This document shows, in pieces, positions 26,495 to 36,493 of a stretch of 64,000 nucleotides of DNA. The notes beneath the pieces were generated by a model. The model made no database searches, had not been told where the DNA came from, and was given only the letters and a program-made list of their open reading frames with translations. This DNA comes from a virus (lineage: Duplodnaviria > Caudoviricetes). The stretch lies in IMG/VR virus record IMGVR_UViG_3300031951_000008. One strand, 5' to 3'. Each line of letters opens with the position of its first letter. Position 1 is the stretch's first letter. Position numbers and translations under genes: made by a program.

Positions 26495-27077
26495 GAAATT
26501 GATACCTTCAGTTGAAGAACATTTTAAAGAACTACGGTCAATGACCGAAGGTGCAGACCAAGTTCTAATTTCGACATATGGTATTTACGCCGGTATTACT
26601 CATTATGGTCAAGACCTGAACGGTCAAAGTTCAAAGTATACGGCATACGCCAAAGAATTTTTAGATAGCTTAATTGGCGTTAGTAAAGTTAATATTGTCG
26701 TAGGTCTTTATCCATATTCGAGCTGCAAGGGAACGGTCCGATGTGTCTACTGTGAATCACGATATGTTAGAGGCTTGCTACGGCTGTCTAGTCATAAAGA
26801 CCACTTTAGTAGCTTCAAATGGCGAGTCAAGCCAAATAATCATCTAAAATCTGTTCTGGCTATTAAAGACAACTCGTTTGAAGGCATAGTCGGCGGTAGG
26901 AATCTCAGTGATTCTAATTGGAATGATCTCACTTTTCGATTAGAGCCTGAAGATGCTAAAGAAGTATTCAAAATGGTTATCCCTATTTGGAAAGAGGCAG
27001 AAGACTTAACAGATGATATATTAAATAGTCTTTTGGATCGGTACGAAATATCAAAGCATTCGATGGAATTAGTATGA
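26493..27077 (+). CDS. Phospholipase D-superfamily (single HKD-like) protein, probable nuclease
   Basis: NHLKSVLAIKDNSFEGIVGGRNLSDS = HxK...G..N motif. Confidence 0.6.
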   Translation: MKLIPSVEEHFKELRSMTEGADQVLISTYGIYAGITHYGQDLNGQSSKYTAYAKEFLDSLIGVSKVNIVVGLYPYSSCKGTVRCVYCESRYVRGLLRLSSHKDHFSSFKWRVKPNNHLKSVLAIKDNSFEGIVGGRNLSDSNWNDLTFRLEPEDAKEVFKMVIPIWKEAEDLTDDILNSLLDRYEISKHSMELV

Positions 27078-28204
27078 AAAAACTACCGCTTGCGGCTGCG
27101 TTACGGCCCAAAACCATAGATGAAGTAATAGGCCAAGACCATCTTACGGACAAAGGTATGCCTCTTCGCCAAATGTTAGAGAAAGGCTTGTTTAAGAGTG
27201 CGATAATATGGGGACCGCCTGGTACCGGGAAGACATCTCTTGTGACCGCTCTTGCGTCTCAGAGTGGCTCAAGCTATATAAAGCTTAATGCTACCGAAGC
27301 TACGATAAAAGACTTAAGGAAGGTCATTTCTGAAGCTGCCGCTAGAGATAGCCATACTTTTGTATTCGTAGACGAGATCCACAGGTGGAACAAATCTCAA
27401 CAAGACACAATGCTGCCTTCAGTCGAAGACGGCACGATAACATTGTTTGGTGCTACCACAGAAAATCCGAGATTTGCGGTCAATAGCACCATATTATCTC
27501 GGTGTATTATCATGGAGGCCAAGCCATTAAATGCAAAAAGTGCATCGCAATTAATGCTTAAGGTTAAGGATTATTACAAAGAACATGGCAAAATTGTAAA
27601 GATCCAACAAGATGCCGCCAAAACAATTATTAATCGTAGTAGTGGAGATGCTAGAAAGTTAATCACAGCACTAGAAACGTGCATTGAGATCTTATCCGAC
27701 GACGGTAATGTAACACTAGACATGGTCAATATAGCTATTCCAGATAAGCATCTAGTATTCGATGCGACCGGCAACGACCATTATGATCTAGCTCACTGTT
27801 ATCAAGAAGCAATTCAAAACTCGGATGGTGATTCAGCGATTTATTGGTTAGCTAAATGGCTGAGTTCAGGAGAAGATCCTGCTTACATTTGTAGAAGAAT
27901 GCTTATTACTGCATTTGAGGATTGTGCTGCTAATCCTCATGCCGTTACTACTACCATGGCTGCGTGTTATACCGTAGAGAAGACTGGTATGCCTGAATGC
28001 ATGATACCAATGGCCTTAGCAACCTGTGTTATGGCCCAAAGCGAAAGGAGCAAGTATGCATACTTCGCTATCAAAGAGGCTATGTCTGATGTGGCTAATA
28101 ACGCGACTGTCCATGTTCCGCCTGCTTTAAGGGCTGGCACGAGAGGTTATGTTAAGGCTATTAATAAGGTATATATAAAGAATTATGACGACTATGCTGA
28201 GTGA
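27074..28204 (+). CDS. rarA: Replication-associated recombination protein A (RarA/MgsA AAA+)
   Basis: PLAAALRPKTIDEVIGQDHL, WGPPGTGKTS, FVDEIHRWNKSQQD, GATTENP.F.VN..ILSR, GDARK, GEDPAYICRR. Confidence 0.92.
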   Translation: MKKLPLAAALRPKTIDEVIGQDHLTDKGMPLRQMLEKGLFKSAIIWGPPGTGKTSLVTALASQSGSSYIKLNATEATIKDLRKVISEAAARDSHTFVFVDEIHRWNKSQQDTMLPSVEDGTITLFGATTENPRFAVNSTILSRCIIMEAKPLNAKSASQLMLKVKDYYKEHGKIVKIQQDAAKTIINRSSGDARKLITALETCIEILSDDGNVTLDMVNIAIPDKHLVFDATGNDHYDLAHCYQEAIQNSDGDSAIYWLAKWLSSGEDPAYICRRMLITAFEDCAANPHAVTTTMAACYTVEKTGMPECMIPMALATCVMAQSERSKYAYFAIKEAMSDVANNATVHVPPALRAGTRGYVKAINKVYIKNYDDYAE

Positions 28205-28664
28205 TATATTTACTAATATATGTGATCAACATGGTGCTAGCTATATTGATCTTTCTCCTATGCTTCAAGCATCCGACCAATTATCTATAATGCTTACATA
28301 TGATACCGTCAAATGCGGGTCACATTTACGATTTAACTATTACGCACATTGGGTGTTAGATAATTTCAAAGCTAGTATATGTTATTATGGCTTGACACCC
28401 GTACGTAGTGTATCGCAGGCCATAACCAGCTGCCCATTCTATGTTGAGACACATCACGAATATGTATGCTGTAAATCCGTTTATATTGATTGTATGGCGA
28501 TTGATAGCATTGAACATATTATATCACGCCTAAGTGCCAGAACCACGATTGAGGATCATGTATCGCTGGGAAATACTAAGGTCCAATATATATTTAAAAT
28601 AATAGATAGGTATAAAAATAAGCATAAACCATTCATCACCTCAATACACACCTCAATAAAGTAA
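28185..28664 (+). CDS. Hypothetical protein
   Basis: 159-aa ORF. Confidence 0.5.
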   Translation: MTTMLSDIFTNICDQHGASYIDLSPMLQASDQLSIMLTYDTVKCGSHLRFNYYAHWVLDNFKASICYYGLTPVRSVSQAITSCPFYVETHHEYVCCKSVYIDCMAIDSIEHIISRLSARTTIEDHVSLGNTKVQYIFKIIDRYKNKHKPFITSIHTSIK

Positions 28665-28681
28665 AGCATATAACGAGACAG

Positions 28682-29242
28682 TTATAAGTGCTGTCCTATG
28701 ATCATTTTATTGTGCCTAATAGTAGGCCGGTGCTTCATAAGGTTATTTATATAGATAAAATCGCTATACTTAGTCTTATTAGTGGGCCATGCCTCTTTCA
28801 AAGCCAGATCTCTCTTTACACAGATGCACATTGTGTCTATATCGCCCATTGTCGGTTCATCATATATTGGTATTACCATGTCTAAATGATAAGTACGACA
28901 TATACCAATATCGTTATCTAGAGCCGTGGTGTAAAGGGCAGCAATAGCATGGTTATAATATATATTATCATCATCCCAAAATACCACATATTGTCCTGTA
29001 GCAGATTTGAGGCCTAAGTTACGGGCTACGCAACCATAATCATAGTGTGGCTTTGATCGTATGATAGTAGCATTGGCTAGTATCGGAGATTGGACCATTC
29101 TAAATGGTACTTGGTTATACGATTCTTGTATTATAATTAGCTCGATAGCCAACCCGTTATGTGATTGGCTTTGTATCTGATTTAAAAGTTGTGCTAGCTT
29201 TTTAGGGCTGTTAGTAGGAGATATTATTGATATATCGATCAT
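28682..29242 (-). CDS. GT-A fold glycosyltransferase (GT2-like)
   Basis: ISIISPT, ARNLGLKSATGQYVVFWDDDN. Confidence 0.8.
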   Translation of the reverse strand: MIDISIISPTNSPKKLAQLLNQIQSQSHNGLAIELIIIQESYNQVPFRMVQSPILANATIIRSKPHYDYGCVARNLGLKSATGQYVVFWDDDNIYYNHAIAALYTTALDNDIGICRTYHLDMVIPIYDEPTMGDIDTMCICVKRDLALKEAWPTNKTKYSDFIYINNLMKHRPTIRHNKMIIGQHL

Positions 29243-30069
29243 TTGCTTAATATATAATCAATACTGTGGATATTCATAATTTTCTTAGCTTCAACGGGTA
29301 CCGGCCAGATGTTTTTAATGATGATTTGTTCGATAGCGGGTTTAAAGTATATTACTTTACGATTTATATGCTGTGTGATTATGCTAAGACCGGCTTGGTG
29401 AATCCATTCAGCATATGTTGCTAGCGGTGTTATAACCTTATTGTTTATACAAGGTTTTACAGCAACTTGATCGCTTTCGCTATTATAACCATTATGATAT
29501 ATTTCGCTAAGCACATGGGCGTAAGCTAAGTTCATGCCAATACTGCTTTGAAATCCTCCGTTGGGCGAAGACCAAGGTCTAAATCGAACATATAGCTTTC
29601 CGCCTTTGTTAAGTCTATTTGTCAGGGCGGCTAGTGTAGCTGGGGCATCTCCAGTTAGTTCTAGGCTCTCATTAGCGATTATAAGGTCATAATCGGTATC
29701 GGTATCTTGTAGACTATCACAGATTCGCAGATTTTTATTATAGCCAGGCTCAGGCTTACAACCTTGATAAACAATATGATAAGCGTCTGCTGGTATGTGA
29801 GCTATCAGCGAGCTTTTGTTGAATGTGTCAGTAATGAATTCTAGAGCTTTTGACACATGCCCGAATTGGTGAGGTATTGCAAATGTGTAGTTGGCCAATG
29901 GCAGCTTATTTAGCTCAATACTGTCAAGAAAGTGTAATTTATTACAAATAGACACAGGAGCAGATACCGGTGTCTGTAGATTAGCAGTTTTAAGCAATTT
30001 AGAGACTTTAGAGCAAGCGTCGGCTAGCTCGGCTAAGGCATTACTTAATTCGTTATATTCCATTTTCAA
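29239..30069 (-). CDS. Degenerate class I methyltransferase-like protein
   Basis: YDLIIANESLE...L...L..GGKLYVRF.PW.SPNGG motif; the SAM-binding glycine loop is not evident. Confidence 0.5.
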   Translation of the reverse strand: MKMEYNELSNALAELADACSKVSKLLKTANLQTPVSAPVSICNKLHFLDSIELNKLPLANYTFAIPHQFGHVSKALEFITDTFNKSSLIAHIPADAYHIVYQGCKPEPGYNKNLRICDSLQDTDTDYDLIIANESLELTGDAPATLAALTNRLNKGGKLYVRFRPWSSPNGGFQSSIGMNLAYAHVLSEIYHNGYNSESDQVAVKPCINNKVITPLATYAEWIHQAGLSIITQHINRKVIYFKPAIEQIIIKNIWPVPVEAKKIMNIHSIDYILSK

Positions 30070-31219
30070 CTACTATAAAGCTAATTAGATAACCCGGTAA
30101 ACTAGACCTTAATCGAGCACGATTTTGTTGTGGCACAATTTGCGTAGTGAATAAACGCAAAAAGTAGCCATGCGTCTCGACGCGAACGATAGTATCTACG
30201 TGGTCTAGAATAGCCTGTCGTCTTTCATTACTCTCAATTGGTGTAACACTCCTATCACGTGACCTGCTAACTTCAAACTCTCTATAATACCTACCACATT
30301 CACACAGTTTAAAATCACTGGATATGTTACAATAGTCGCCATTCCAATAATTATAAAACGGATAAGCGACAGAGTAATAGTCGTAGCTAAATAGTTTGCT
30401 ATCCACGCATTCGGCCCAGCTTAGACCATCTAAAAGATGCCTTGTTTGGTGTTTGCACGTGATAAAGGTCACACCTCCGTCCCAGCATCTCATGTGATCA
30501 CACCAATAGTCTGCTAAACCGAGTGTTACATATTGGTCCAGATCAGATTGATATGCTTTCGAGTTTGTGTTGCTGAGCAGCCGACAAATGGGGGCAGTGA
30601 TATTCAACAGCTTGTAGTTATATAGCAGTGATGCTGTTGTTTGACCATTACATAATATTAGATCTATGCTGTTTGATTGTAAGAAATTAAGTATTGTTTG
30701 ATAATACTGGTAATAATTACACATATATAGATTGTTCGCATGTGCTTTATAGATTGTAGCGGTGCTACCCAAGCCGTGTGATTCGACTGGGTTATTAGAT
30801 TGGTGCTTGGTAATAGTTGGTTTGTCTTTCTCTATGCTGCTAAGCGTCAGATCGAGTATTGAAGCATCTTTGGGGATGTTAAATTCGTCGCAAATCAATT
30901 TATAATGACATTTTGACTCTATCTTATGGTATGTGTCTAGCCATATGCAGTATTCGAACGGTGGACCGGTGGTGCCAGTGGTTCTGTTAACAAATGAGGC
31001 AAACTTAGGATTAACCTCAGATTTAATATTGCTCTTATCGTTAGGTTCTAAGCTAGCGGCCATACTGCTGAGATGTCGCTTACAATAATCTCTTACAGAT
31101 ACTATTAGGTTCGGTTCGTAATAATTTAGCAGGTGGGCTTGATTAACAAAGGCAAGCAGGAACTGAATATAGTCATCTTGGTATTTAATTAAACTAGACG
31201 GGTCTTCCTGTAGAAGCAT
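30053..31219 (-). CDS. Phenylacetate-CoA ligase / CapK-like adenylate-forming protein
   Basis: RTTGTTGPPF (TSGxTG-like), YPFYNYWNGD, LCECGR. Confidence 0.6.
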   Translation of the reverse strand: MLLQEDPSSLIKYQDDYIQFLLAFVNQAHLLNYYEPNLIVSVRDYCKRHLSSMAASLEPNDKSNIKSEVNPKFASFVNRTTGTTGPPFEYCIWLDTYHKIESKCHYKLICDEFNIPKDASILDLTLSSIEKDKPTITKHQSNNPVESHGLGSTATIYKAHANNLYMCNYYQYYQTILNFLQSNSIDLILCNGQTTASLLYNYKLLNITAPICRLLSNTNSKAYQSDLDQYVTLGLADYWCDHMRCWDGGVTFITCKHQTRHLLDGLSWAECVDSKLFSYDYYSVAYPFYNYWNGDYCNISSDFKLCECGRYYREFEVSRSRDRSVTPIESNERRQAILDHVDTIVRVETHGYFLRLFTTQIVPQQNRARLRSSLPGYLISFIVVENGI

Positions 31220-31415
31220 TTATGCCAATTATCTCTCCATCGAAGAGGCCGTTGCGTATATTGCCAATTTCTGGGTAGCTGTCATTCAGCTTATGCCATG
31301 AATTGTCTTTATTTAGCCATTCGTAATAATAGATACTAGCTGCTGTGTTAGGAACGAGTGACTGTTCTGTAGGTGTTTTTCCACCATCTTGAGAATCTAT
31401 TGGCAATAAATGCAT
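31194..31415 (-). CDS. Hypothetical protein
   Basis: 73-aa ORF coupled to the downstream gene. Confidence 0.45.
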   Translation of the reverse strand: MHLLPIDSQDGGKTPTEQSLVPNTAASIYYYEWLNKDNSWHKLNDSYPEIGNIRNGLFDGEIIGINASTGRPV

Positions 31416-31958
31416 GACAAGATATCCGATTTAGAGGCTTTGTACGCTTTAGATGATTATTTTGTTATAGATCCTTCTAATCCAAATTTGCCAGATTTAC
31501 TACGTAAGTCTTTGCGAACTTGTCTTTTAGGCGATTATAATAGACCTATAACTTTGATAATATTTACTACCACTGAATTGGACAATCCAATATCAGAGCC
31601 CATAGGGATGTATTTCAAGAACGGTAATAGGAGGTACTACTGGCGTGATAAACATTGGGCAGAGTATGATATTTCGCATATTTCTCGCAGTCTTAAAAGT
31701 CTTTATTTGATATCCTCTGATTATCAAGCTATACTTAACAACCAATCTGACTTAGGCAACTTAAAAGAGTGTCCGTCGTCTATAACAAAATATCCTGGAC
31801 CAGCACCTAACTCATTGCCTTATTCACAGCAATTAGGTACATTTTATAAGAGATATGAGAGTATATCAAAAACAGCTTATGTCCCAGATGGTTCTGTAGG
31901 TAGCAGCAAATTCAAATGTTTTGCTAGGGCGTTACTGCAAGCTCCAAGTGACTGGTGA
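31410..31958 (+). CDS. Hypothetical protein
   Basis: 182-aa ORF. Confidence 0.55.
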   Translation: MHDKISDLEALYALDDYFVIDPSNPNLPDLLRKSLRTCLLGDYNRPITLIIFTTTELDNPISEPIGMYFKNGNRRYYWRDKHWAEYDISHISRSLKSLYLISSDYQAILNNQSDLGNLKECPSSITKYPGPAPNSLPYSQQLGTFYKRYESISKTAYVPDGSVGSSKFKCFARALLQAPSDW

Positions 31959-32005
31959 TATTCACGCCTCTTAAAAGGTCTGCCACAAAATTTTGAGGTT
32001 CACTT

Positions 32006-32419
32006 ATGCAACGATTGAAAGCCGATGTCGGAATTACTAGCCTTAACGGTTTGAGCCAGAGCCAGATTGTTCATAAGCTTTGGTATTACAGCTTAGAGAA
32101 CGTAGAGCAAGTTATTTTCACTGATAGACACTCTGTGCAGAGGATCGGATATTTGGTGGAAATGAAATCTATTCCTACCGAAATGTGCTTAGAGCCTGAT
32201 ATTGACGTAGCTGCCTTAGTTGCCAAAGTCGATTTGGAAGGTGATCTTGGAAAGGCTGAATCCAATGTTTTTTACTGGAATGAAAGATTTTGGATGCGGG
32301 CCTTTACAATCGCCCCTGTGGGTAAGCATGGTATTGCTTACTACAAAAATCACAGATATCTGCTCTATGAAGTAGGTGTTGACGACCACAAAAAAGTGTT
32401 AGGTTCATTAGTCTCTTGA
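32006..32419 (+). CDS. Hypothetical protein
   Basis: GAGG RBS; 137 aa. Confidence 0.6.
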   Translation: MQRLKADVGITSLNGLSQSQIVHKLWYYSLENVEQVIFTDRHSVQRIGYLVEMKSIPTEMCLEPDIDVAALVAKVDLEGDLGKAESNVFYWNERFWMRAFTIAPVGKHGIAYYKNHRYLLYEVGVDDHKKVLGSLVS

Positions 32420-32434
32420 TAAGGATATTATAAT

Positions 32435-33808
32435 ATGGCCAAAATTAAGGCTATCAAGCAAGCAATTGAAGTTTGTATGAAGACCAGGGCAACTCCATTT
32501 ATTTGGGGCCACCGTGGGATCGGAAAATCGAGTATTGTCAAACAAATCGCTGCTGAACAGGGCATCGGATTTATCGATCTGCGGTGTTCTCAGTTAGAGG
32601 CATCTGATATTCGTGGGCTTCCCGATAAGTCCTACGGCGAAGGCGAGGGATCACAGGATTCTAAATGCACCAAGCAAACAGCTTACAGCCGCACTGTTTA
32701 TCTTCCACCTGCTGATATGCCAATTGGCGACTTAGAGGATGCAGAGATTATGGCTCAGTTAGGCGACTATCCAAAGGATGGTGACTGGAAAGGCGATTTG
32801 CAAGCCGAGAGGATTTTCGATCGCAAATGGAGGGCTATGCAGCCCCGGTTTAAGCGAGGTATCCTTTTCTTAGACGAACTTAATAGAGCAGCCGACGATG
32901 TTCTCCAAGCTTGCTTCCAATTGGTTCTTGACAGAGCAGTTGGTCAATATACCCTACCTCCTGGGTGGGCTGTGGTGGCGGCAGGTAACTTCCAAGAAGG
33001 CTACCTCACTAACGGTTTTAATGACCCAGCATTCCTCGATCGGTTCGTCCATATGACACTCAGCACCGGCGAGGATACTCTCGAAGAATGGATCGACTAC
33101 ATTACTGCTGTGCATGGCAACAATGCTTCTTCTATTATCGAATTCGCTTCACAAAATACGAAGCACCTTGACGGCGATATCGCAGGCGACCTTGGATTCA
33201 CGATTCAGCCGTCAAGACGATCATGGGAGCAGGTAATCAAAGCTGAGAAAGTAATGCGAGAGATTGGGTCGTCACAAACTGTTCGATTGTTGATCCTTTC
33301 AGGCTTGATTGGCCAAGAACTAGCATTTGCCTACATCAATTACGATTGCCCCGTCAAGCCTAAAGATGTCATCAACAACGGTGTAAAGGCTTACATGAAA
33401 GAACTCGAATCATTACAACGCAACCAGCTTATCGGCCTAATGTGGGGTTTGGTCAGCTTTTGTAAGGACAAAATCGAAGACGATAAGGTCGGCGAGACTT
33501 GCCTTGATTTTGCGGAATACATGATCCCCAAGACTGCAGACAAAGACGTAATCGTAGCGTTTTGCCGAGCCCTTGTCGGTGCCAACGCGGACAACAACGA
33601 CGCTCAAACGTTGGCGGCCACTATTACCAATCCACAGCTCGCTAAGCTTATCGCCAACTACAGAGCGAAGACTGGTGTCGTCAGCAAGAACTTCGTCGAT
33701 CGCTTGGCGGCCAGACCGGCCTTGCAAGAAATCTTGTCTAAGACTGCTTGGGGTGATCCAAGCAATGAGCCTCTGACTACGAAGGGCAAAAAGAAAACTA
33801 AGGCTTAA
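32435..33808 (+). CDS. MoxR-like AAA+ ATPase
   Basis: WGHRGIGKS, IDLRCSQLEASDIRGLP, ILFLDELNRA, VVAAGN, AFLDRF, PSRRSWE. Confidence 0.85.
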   Translation: MAKIKAIKQAIEVCMKTRATPFIWGHRGIGKSSIVKQIAAEQGIGFIDLRCSQLEASDIRGLPDKSYGEGEGSQDSKCTKQTAYSRTVYLPPADMPIGDLEDAEIMAQLGDYPKDGDWKGDLQAERIFDRKWRAMQPRFKRGILFLDELNRAADDVLQACFQLVLDRAVGQYTLPPGWAVVAAGNFQEGYLTNGFNDPAFLDRFVHMTLSTGEDTLEEWIDYITAVHGNNASSIIEFASQNTKHLDGDIAGDLGFTIQPSRRSWEQVIKAEKVMREIGSSQTVRLLILSGLIGQELAFAYINYDCPVKPKDVINNGVKAYMKELESLQRNQLIGLMWGLVSFCKDKIEDDKVGETCLDFAEYMIPKTADKDVIVAFCRALVGANADNNDAQTLAATITNPQLAKLIANYRAKTGVVSKNFVDRLAARPALQEILSKTAWGDPSNEPLTTKGKKKTKA

Positions 33809-33813
33809 ATGAA

Positions 33814-33883
33814 TGGTCGGAAGTCGGAGGTATTAGACAGGGTGACAAGCCTAGATTCGCAGGTTCGATTCCTGCCCGGCCAT
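33814..33883 (+). ncRNA. tRNA-like RNA / pseudo-tRNA with collapsed anticodon arm (GAC-like loop)
   Basis: Acceptor TGGTCGG/CCGGCCA, T arm GCAGG-TTCGATT-CCTGC, D stem GTC/GAC; anticodon arm is only AGG/CCT around GTGACAAG. Confidence 0.62.
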
Positions 33884-33910
33884 TTACTTCTATTACAAGG
33901 AATTTAAATT

Positions 33911-35095
33911 ATGTCTGATAAGCTAACAACTGCTAGATGCCGATTAATGATGCGTGAGCCATGGTATGGGCAATTCGCCCTACGCATGAGCTGGATTCCT
34001 TCTGATATGCCGTGGCTAGAAGAAGAACGCAGGACAATGGGCGTAAGGGTTATGTCTAGTGGCAATGTAGAATGTATCTTCTATCCGCCATTTGTGGAAC
34101 GTTTATCCTTGCCTGAGATTTTTGCGGTAGTTCAGCATGAGATTCAGCATATAGTCCGTTTACACTGCTTGCGAAGACACGACAGACATCCAGAGGCCTG
34201 GAACGTCGCGGCAGATATGACTGTGAACGGCACTAAGGATAGCCCAAGGATTGGTTACAAAGACACGAGCAATGGCTCCGGGGCATTAATCATACCAGAT
34301 AAGGATAAACTTGTCTGGATTCCAAAAGATTGGCCATCAGATGCAACTGCAGATTATTTCTATGATCGCTTAATGAAGGACGCTATAACAATTAACGTCT
34401 ATGGCACCGTTTTGGATGATCACTCAGTTTGGCAACAATCTGATGCTTCACCAGATGAAGCAAGGCAGATCGTAAAAAGCTTAGTCGATCAAGCAACGGC
34501 ATCAGCAAGAGGGCATGTTCCCGGTGACTTATCAGAAGCTATACAAAAACTAGGCAAGCCAATCGTTAGATGGAGGGAATTGTTAAAACAATACCTTGGA
34601 CGATACGTTGGTAACAAGAGAGACACTTATTCGCGACGCAATCGTCGCAACGATAGCTTCGGAGTACCAGGGATTAGCCATCATTCGGCTGCAAACATCA
34701 ATGTTATCGTCGACACATCCGGGTCCATTTCTACTGATGACTTGCAGCAATTCTTTGGCGAAATAGAAGCAATTAGCCACAGAGCTAAGACGATGGTCCT
34801 CCAATGGGATCATGGTTTTCAGAGTTATACGAAATATCGAAGAGGCGACTGGAAAAGCTTCAAGGTTAAGGGTCGTGGTGGCACTGATATGGCTGCTCCT
34901 ATGAGGTGGCTAAAAGAGAACATGAAAGTCGCAGATGTTCAGATAATGCTTACTGACGGAATGTGCAACTATCTGCCGAAGAAAGAGGTTAACTTTCCGG
35001 CTATTACGGTGCTGACACAGCCGCTGCCTACCGGACAGAAGAATGGCTATTACGCAGCTATTCCAGAGTATGGCCACGTTTTGTCGCTTAAGTAG
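33911..35095 (+). CDS. VWA-domain metallopeptidase-like protein (DUF2201-type), partner of the AAA ATPase
   Basis: HEIQH (HExxH), WNVAAD..VN, MIDAS DTSGS, GRGGTD, MLTDG. Confidence 0.85.
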   Translation: MSDKLTTARCRLMMREPWYGQFALRMSWIPSDMPWLEEERRTMGVRVMSSGNVECIFYPPFVERLSLPEIFAVVQHEIQHIVRLHCLRRHDRHPEAWNVAADMTVNGTKDSPRIGYKDTSNGSGALIIPDKDKLVWIPKDWPSDATADYFYDRLMKDAITINVYGTVLDDHSVWQQSDASPDEARQIVKSLVDQATASARGHVPGDLSEAIQKLGKPIVRWRELLKQYLGRYVGNKRDTYSRRNRRNDSFGVPGISHHSAANINVIVDTSGSISTDDLQQFFGEIEAISHRAKTMVLQWDHGFQSYTKYRRGDWKSFKVKGRGGTDMAAPMRWLKENMKVADVQIMLTDGMCNYLPKKEVNFPAITVLTQPLPTGQKNGYYAAIPEYGHVLSLK

Positions 35096-35160
35096 CTTTG
35101 TATTAATTATCAGGCTGTCTGGCAAATTTCTGATAGGTAACACTTATTAGGAACAAGCAA

Positions 35161-35358
35161 ATGGCAGACAAAAATAAAACAGCTTTCGAGGTCGATGGTC
35201 GTATTACTCTTTTGCTCGACCAAGATTTGGCTAATCATCTTGGTGATCTGATTCTGAGTACAGACACCAAGAATCCTGCTCTGCTCGCTATAGGCCATAA
35301 GTTAAAAGCCGAAGCTATCTCTAAGCAGCGTAAGAAGCCAGAAGACCAGAACATTTAA
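35161..35358 (+). CDS. Hypothetical protein
   Basis: 65-aa ORF, AGGA upstream. Confidence 0.5.
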   Translation: MADKNKTAFEVDGRITLLLDQDLANHLGDLILSTDTKNPALLAIGHKLKAEAISKQRKKPEDQNI

Positions 35359-35364
35359 TACTAT

Positions 35365-35372
35365 CAAATATA
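35365..35372 (+). promoter_or_regulatory. Candidate late-promoter motif CAAAnnTA (CAAATATA)
   Basis: 4 nt upstream of the ATG at 35377, at the head of the fibre block (possible leaderless start). Confidence 0.45.
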
Positions 35373-35376
35373 CTTT

Positions 35377-35898
35377 ATGAGAACCATATATGATGCTAGT
35401 TTTACCGGCTTAGACATATCTGACACAGTAGAATTATTAGAATTTGCTGTGCCCGATCAGAATATGTCTGTAATATCTATGATTAGTTTAAATAATCTGT
35501 GCGGTGAAGTAGGCGAATATGATTCTAAACTATATATAGATAACCACTTAGCTGTACCTGATCGAAAAGTATTAAATGCCTCTGGCAATACTTCGATTTC
35601 TCTTCAGAGCAGAGATATATCGATATATCAGGGTGCAGTTGTAAAGATCACGTTAAAGGGCTTAGTGGCAGACACTAACGTCGGTGGCCGATTGTTACTT
35701 TTAGATTCTAGCGTGTTTACGTTACAGGAGCTAGAATCTCTAATAAATGAGATTACACCGCAGCTCATTAGCCAAGTAGTAGCGGCTGTAAAGGGTATTA
35801 ATATTACAGTTAAACCAGAGACTAAGTTACTAGGTCCTTGTAAGGAGCCTATTGTACCGTCAGTGAAAGTACTTAATCAGTGTTCTGGCTCTCGATAA
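35377..35898 (+). CDS. Hypothetical protein, probably structural
   Basis: First gene of the fibre block. Confidence 0.55.
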   Translation: MRTIYDASFTGLDISDTVELLEFAVPDQNMSVISMISLNNLCGEVGEYDSKLYIDNHLAVPDRKVLNASGNTSISLQSRDISIYQGAVVKITLKGLVADTNVGGRLLLLDSSVFTLQELESLINEITPQLISQVVAAVKGINITVKPETKLLGPCKEPIVPSVKVLNQCSGSR

Positions 35899-35910
35899 CA
35901 CTTTATGACA

Positions 35911-35918
35911 CAAACATA
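35911..35918 (+). promoter_or_regulatory. Candidate late-promoter motif CAAAnnTA (CAAACATA)
   Basis: Intergenic, upstream of 35951; GAGG RBS downstream. Confidence 0.45.
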
Positions 35919-35950
35919 TGATAGATCTTTTTCAATAGAGGAAGTATATC

Positions 35951-36451
35951 ATGATTATTAGTGTTATTAAGTCTTTAGACTACAAAGATAAAACTGCCGA
36001 ACAGATATATAGTATTTTAAACGATAAAAATATAGATTATACAGACACAAACTTCTGGACTTGGGCAGGTGTTGCAGATGTTATCGGCAATCAAGGTGCA
36101 GAATGCTTAAGAATAGCACTATCAGAAGGTGGGATGGGCTGGGCGATACATCAATTGGGAGGTAAGGGTCTCATACTTAGTAGGCAGGACATACAGCAAG
36201 TTTTGTATAGCTTACACAATCATGGTATACCTGGGATGGAATTGCTAGCGTCAGCGGTGAAGCGGAAAAGATCCATATTGGAAGATAAGGGCATAGTAGT
36301 GACTCTTGCTGAGGTAAAGGAAGCGTTAAATTACATTAATCTTCAAGATTATAGGGATCTCAAGATAGACCAAGCACAAGATCGCCTGTATAATTATAAG
36401 CTTAATATGAACACCTGGGATGGTAACCCAGACACAGAACCGAAGTTGTAA
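35951..36451 (+). CDS. Hypothetical protein (fibre-associated)
   Basis: 166-aa ORF in the structural block. Confidence 0.55.
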   Translation: MIISVIKSLDYKDKTAEQIYSILNDKNIDYTDTNFWTWAGVADVIGNQGAECLRIALSEGGMGWAIHQLGGKGLILSRQDIQQVLYSLHNHGIPGMELLASAVKRKRSILEDKGIVVTLAEVKEALNYINLQDYRDLKIDQAQDRLYNYKLNMNTWDGNPDTEPKL

Positions 36452-36493
36452 TTAGAAGATAGATAGTATCAATAGCTTTATAAGGATCAAGGT

